Below are positions 58,227 through 64,000 of a DNA stretch of 64,000 nucleotides, one piece after another. The notes under the pieces are model-generated. The model was not told where the DNA came from, ran no database searches, and saw only the letters and a list, made by a program, of their open reading frames with translations. Numbering within the stretch: position 1 is the first letter of the stretch; the number at the start of each line of letters is the position of its first letter. Source of the stretch: Eledone cirrhosa (taxonomy: Eukaryota); assembly GCA_964016885.1 (NCBI GenBank), contig OZ024745.1, forward strand, positions 84,444,001 through 84,508,000, given 5' to 3'. Position numbers and translations under genes: made by a program.

Positions 58227-59322
58227 ATATCATAAAACATGTCTATAGAATCACAAGATAAAATATATACTATTTCCTCTCCCAATTAGCATAATTAACT
58301 ATATAAAAAATCGAATAGAACAGGCTATGTGAATGAGGCTTCTATGAAGGAATCTCCGACAAATAACCAAAACTAGCGCTTCGCATCGGCCCGTAGCGGA
58401 ATATTTATCGAATATTTCGACAGCGTAATCGCCAACTAAACAGAATTAGGTTTAAAATAAACTAGGAGAAAATAGAATACATTTAAATACCTCTACCATG
58501 GTTTCGTCCGTGTTTTGAGTTTTCCAATAATTACGTAATAATTATATAAACTCGAGCGCCGGATTCTTCAGGAAGCTCGCTCATATCTAGACATTAAATT
58601 TTCCAAAGTGACCAGTTGCAAAACACGTATATGTATGTGTATGTATATGTAAACTTTTATATGTAATAATCTCCCACTAGGTTGAGATACAAATTTGGCT
58701 GTATTGTGTTGTGCTTTCTAGCAAAAATGCCACCAGTTGTAAGCAACTACCACACCCCATCCAACTTGACCGCGACTACGTCACGATTTTTAGCCATTTT
58801 GAAATGAATTCTTGGCGCGATCGCTTTGGAAAATTTAATGTGTAGATATGAGCGAGCTTCCTGAAGAATCCGGCGCTCGAGTTTATATAATTATTACATA
58901 ATTATTGGAAAACTCAAAACACAGACGAAACCATGGTAGAGGTATTTAAATGTATTCTATTTTCTCCTAGTTTATTTTAAACCTAATTCTGCTTAGTTGA
59001 CTATATCTAGGCGATTTCGCTGTCGAAATATTCGATAAATATTCCGCTACGGCCGACGCGAAGCGCTAGTTTCGGTTATTTGTCCGAGATTCCTTCATAG
59101 AAGCCTCATTCGCATAGCCTGTTCTATTCGATTTTTTATATAGTTAATTATGCTAATTGGGAGAGGAAATAGTATATATTTTATCTTGTGATTCTATAGA
59201 CATGTTTTTATGATATATAGCTCTGATTGTTTAATTTATTAACTTTTCATTGAGCCACAAAGTGACCAGTTGCAAAACACGTATATGTATGTGTATGTAT
59301 ATATATATGTAAACTTTTATAT
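58227..59322. mobile_element. Inverted-repeat pLTR-like element (arms ~58227-58611 and 58821-59218), HHR in each arm (minus 58489-58576, plus 58856-58943), direct repeat ~58605-58662 / 59259-59322
   Basis: gcttc-CTGAAGA-atccggcgctcgagttt...aaactcaaaacac(a/g)gac-GAAA-ccatgg-TA-gaggt. Confidence 0.88.
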
Positions 59323-59343
59323 ATATAATATATATATATATAT

Positions 59344-59377
<34 letters not shown>

Positions 59378-62300
59378 CGAACTTAAGGATAGGTTTTACG
59401 AGTCCCTAATGCACACTACTGCTCTAACAAACGACAATGACTTCCTAATCATCGCAGGAGATTTTAACGGACACGTAGGTAAAGACTGCGATGGCTTCAA
59501 TAGAGTCCATGGAGGCCATGGGGTTAGCACAAGAAATGAGGAAGGATTCAGACTTCTAGAATTCTGCGACGCCAATGACATGTCGATATGTAACACAAAC
59601 TTCAATAAATCCGACAACCACCTGATCACCTATAGATCAGGGGAGCACTCTAGTCAGATACATTTTATCCTCATCAGAGGATGTGACAGATGGACGGTCG
59701 TAAACACAAAAGCCTTCCCTAGTGAGGAATGTACATCCCAACATAGCTTAGTTGTCAGCGACCTCACAGTCAGAACTAGACGAACCTGGAAACAGGCCAA
59801 CCCGGAGAAGAAAGATCTGGAAGCTGAAAGACCCCTCAACCAGTAACAGATTTAAAGATATTTTACTCAACGCCTACGACAGTAAAGAACAGATAGAGAC
59901 ATTCAATGTAGAAGAGAACTGGGAGTTCCTAAAAAATAACTTACTAGAGGCGACGGATGAGGTCTGTGGCTGGAGTAAGACCTCAAGCAGAAGGAGAGTG
60001 ACTTGGTGGTGGAACAATAAGGTAGATGAGGCAGTTAAAGCCAAGAGACAGGCATGGAAAGAATGGAAGAACGGGGGAGCAGGGTACATTACATAGAGAC
60101 CAAGAGGGAAGCTAGGCGACTAGTATACTTAGCTAGGAGGGAAGCAGAGGATGGAAAATTCAAGCATGGTTTGCAACGTGAGGACCAGAAACAGGAGGTG
60201 TTCCAGATTGCGAGGCAGTGTGTCAGAGAGAATTGTGATGTCATTGGAGAGAAGTGTATCCGGAATGATAAAGGTGAGCTTGCCCTCACAAGTGCTGAGA
60301 AGAAAGATGCATGGAAGAGTCATTATGATAGATTACTAAATGAGGAGCATGCATGGGAAGAAGAGACCCTACCCCAAGTAGACCTTATAGAGGGGCCAGC
60401 AGTACAGGTCAGCAGCAACGTAGTAAGTAAGGCAATCAAAGATATGAAGATGGGGAAGGCAACCGGCCCATCGAGTATAGCTGCCGAGATGCTGAAGGCA
60501 TCTGGGTCTGTAGGTCACACTATAATCACATGTATTGTGAACCAGGTAATACTAGAAGGTGCCATACCAAAAGATTGGTGCAGTAGTATCATTGTCAACT
60601 GCTACAAAGGTAAAGGTGATGCACTAGATAGAGGAAACTATAGAGGTATAAAGCTGATGGACCAGGTCATGAAAGTTAACAGAAAGAGTTATAGCACAGT
60701 TGATTAGGGACCGGGTGAAACTAGACGAGATGCAATTTGGGTTTGTACCAGGAAGAGGCACCACTGATGCCCTCTTCCTTGTGAGGCAGTTACAGGAAAA
60801 GTACCTAGCTAAAAGTAAGCCACTCTACCTGGCATTTGTCGACCTTGAGAAAGCCTTTGACAGAGTTCCACGTGCTGTAATCTGGTGGGCTCTTAGAAAA
60901 CTGGGAGTAGATGAATGGCTTGTGAAAGCGGTACAAGCCATGTATAGGGGAGCAGTCAGCAAAGTTAGGATTAGCAATGAGTATAGCAAGGAATTTAGCG
61001 TACAGGTTGGGGTCCACCAGGGCTCTGTTCTTAGCCCCCTCCTGTTCATCATAGTCCTGCAGGCAATAACAGAGGAGTTTAAGACCGGATGCCCATGGAG
61101 GCACATGGCTTAGTGGTTAGAGCATTGGCCTTGCAATCGAAAGGTTGTGAGTTCAATTCTCAGACCGGGTGATGTGTTGTTTCCTTGAGCAAGGCACTTT
61201 ATTTCACATTGCTCCAGTTTACTCAGCTGTAGAAATGAGATGATAGGACTGGGGTCCATATCATTCCACTGCAAAGTGGTCGTGGAGGTGCCACGGCAAA
61301 AAAGCACCCAGCACTCACTGTAAATGAGGTTGGTGCTAGGAAGGGCATCCAGCTGTAGAAATCAAGCCAGCATCAGTTCCCATCCCACCCTTGCAAGCAG
61401 GTAAAAAGTGGACGTAAAATGAAATGATGATGCCCATGAGAACTCCTGTATGCTGATGACCTCACACTCATAGCAGAATCTATGCTAGAACTAGTGAAGA
61501 AATTCCAAACTTGGAAGCAGGGACTAGAAAGAAAGGGTCTCAAAGTCAACATGACAAAGACTAAGTAGACGAGAAAACAGAACCCAGATCCCCTCAGGGA
61601 AATGGCCTTGCTTAGTATGTAGGAAAGGTGTAGGTAGGAACTCCATTCTCTGCCCCAAATGCAAACAATGGGTACACAAGAGATGTAGCGGGATCTCAGG
61701 AAGCTTAATTAAGAATGTAGGCTTCACATGCAGTAGCTGTGCTGGGACAGCTAGCAGCAAACAGCCACAGGAAACAAGTACCACCAATCTCTGGGAGGGC
61801 TCTGTAGAAACAGTAGACAGATTCTGCTACCTAGGTGACCGAATTAGCAGCAGAGGTGGGTGTTCAGAAAGTACAATAACTAGAGTAAGAACGGGATGGA
61901 AGAAATTTAGGGAACAACTACCACTGCTAGCTGCAAAAGGCTTCTCCCTCAGAATGAAAGGCAGACTGTATGATGTGTGTATCTGAACAGCGATGTTGCA
62001 TGGTAGTGAAACCTGGGCGCTGAAGGTGGAAGACTTACGTAGATTAAAGAGAAACGAAGCCTGCATGTTCCGATGGATGTGTAATAGTAATATACGCGAA
62101 CGACAAAGCGTAAATGAATTGAGAGAGAGACTGAGCATAAAAGGAATAAAATGCTGTGTGCAGGAGAGGCGGTTGAGTTGGTATGGACATGTGATACGTA
62201 TGAAGGATGACAGCTGCATGAAAAGGTGCAGAGCACTAGAAGTCGATGGAAACCGCAGAGTGGGGAGACCCAAGATGACCTGGGATGAGGTGATAAAAGC

Positions 62301-62697
62301 CGACCTTACCCAATTACACCTCTCAAAGGCAATGACACACGACCGTGACCTCTGGCGTCACGCAGTAATACAGAGTACCCAACCTCCCATGGGTAAAAGC
62401 TGAAGCATATAGACAATATGCCCCCACACTCCCCACCGCAAGGTGGTCGTAGAGGTGCCACGGCAAAAAAGCACCCAGCCCACACTGTAAAGTGGACGTG
62501 TAGGCGCCACGAAAAAGCACCCAGCACTCACTGTAAATGAGGTTGGTGTTAGGAAGGGCATCAAGCTGTAGAAATCAAGCCAAATCAGTTCCTGTATGAG
62601 CAAGGCATGGTCAGCCGACCAGACACTGCCCACAACAGGACAACCCGTCTAACCCATGCTAGCGTGGAAGAACGGACGTAAAACGGTGATGATGATA
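59378..62697 (+). mobile_element. 5'-truncated, decayed RTE LINE related to 48715-52165, interrupted by a SINE
   Basis: ORF pieces 59409-59846, 59752-60096, 60054-60707, 60700-61097 and 61439-62403 are colinear with the near-intact copy; (GAT)n tail. Confidence 0.93.
61098..61428 (+). mobile_element. tRNA-derived CORE-type SINE with RTE-derived tail; TSD gatgcccatg
   Basis: A-box tggcttagtgg, B-box gagttcaattc, core ttccttgagcaaggcacttt. The tail matches 62452-62582. TSD at 61088-61097 and 61429-61438. Confidence 0.9.
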
Positions 62698-62897
62698 TAT
62701 ATATTTATTATATAAATTATATATATATATATTAAACATATATTATATATATATATTATATATATATATTATATATATATATATTGTACATATATATATT
62801 ATACATATATATATATATATATTATATATATATATTATATATATATATATTGTACATATATATATTATACATATATATATATATTATATATATATAT

Positions 62898-62973
<76 letters not shown>

Positions 62974-63102
62974 ATATTATATATATATATATTATATATA
63001 TATATATTATATATATATATTATATATATATAATATATATTATATATATAATATATATTATATATATATATTATATATATATATATTATATATATATATT
63101 AC

Positions 63103-63133
<31 letters not shown>

Positions 63134-63300
63134 ATTATATATATATATATATATTATATATATATAATATATATATATATTATATATATATATATTATAT
63201 ATATATATTATATATATATATATATATTATATATATATATTATATATATATTATATATATATATATTATATATATATATTATATATATATATATTATATA

Positions 63301-63351
<51 letters not shown>

Positions 63352-63393
63352 ATATATATTATATATATATATATTATATATATATATTATATA

Positions 63394-63459
<66 letters not shown>

Positions 63460-63487
63460 ATTATATATATATATTATATATATATAT

Positions 63488-63521
<34 letters not shown>

Positions 63522-63598
63522 ATTATATATATATATTATATATATATATTATATATATATATTATATATATATTATTATATATAATATATATATATAT

Positions 63599-63632
<34 letters not shown>

Positions 63633-63765
63633 ATTATATATATATTATACATATATATATATTATATATATATATTATATATATATATATTATACATATA
63701 TATATATATATATATATTATACATATATATATATATATATATATTATACATATATATATATATAT

Positions 63766-63797
<32 letters not shown>

Positions 63798-64000
63798 ATT
63801 ATATATATATATTATATATATATATATATATTATATATATATATTATATAATATATTATATATATATATATTATATATATATATATATATTATATATTAT
63901 ATATATATTATATATATATATATTATAAATATATATATATATATATATTCAGCCGGATGGCTGAAACAGGTAAAAGAGTAAAAGAGTAGGTAAAAGAGTA

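Noticed and set aside
61098-61170. tRNA gene, also at 42450-42525
   Set aside because: A/B boxes run into a SINE core and LINE tail; no complete cloverleaf is evident.

Overview
AT-rich eukaryotic repeat DNA, probably cephalopod (octopus-like); this is inferred from the SINE/RTE tails and the long (TA)n tracts. No host gene exon could be recognised, and there is a 200-N gap at 48515-48714. Most long ORFs in the track are microsatellite artefacts. The real coding sequence is all retrotransposon: two tandem L1/Tx1-like elements in (TC)n/(TATC)n microsatellites, a CRE-like 3' end, a near-intact and a decayed RTE LINE, several Penelope-like (PLE) RT/GIY-YIG fragments, tRNA-derived SINEs and one MITE. 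The main hidden signal is about 25 type I hammerhead ribozyme (HHR) motifs found by eye (CTGAnGA...GAAA...NUH with stem I pairing), from more than 10 apparently unrelated sequence families. They sit in short PLE pseudo-LTR-like modules that occur alone, as head-to-head palindromes, or as a ~1.0-kb tandem dimer, mostly next to (TA)n. Several have unusually long stem II inserts, family-specific palindromic stem III sequences, or a U3-A8 core covariation. All structures were paired manually; none was computed or assayed.
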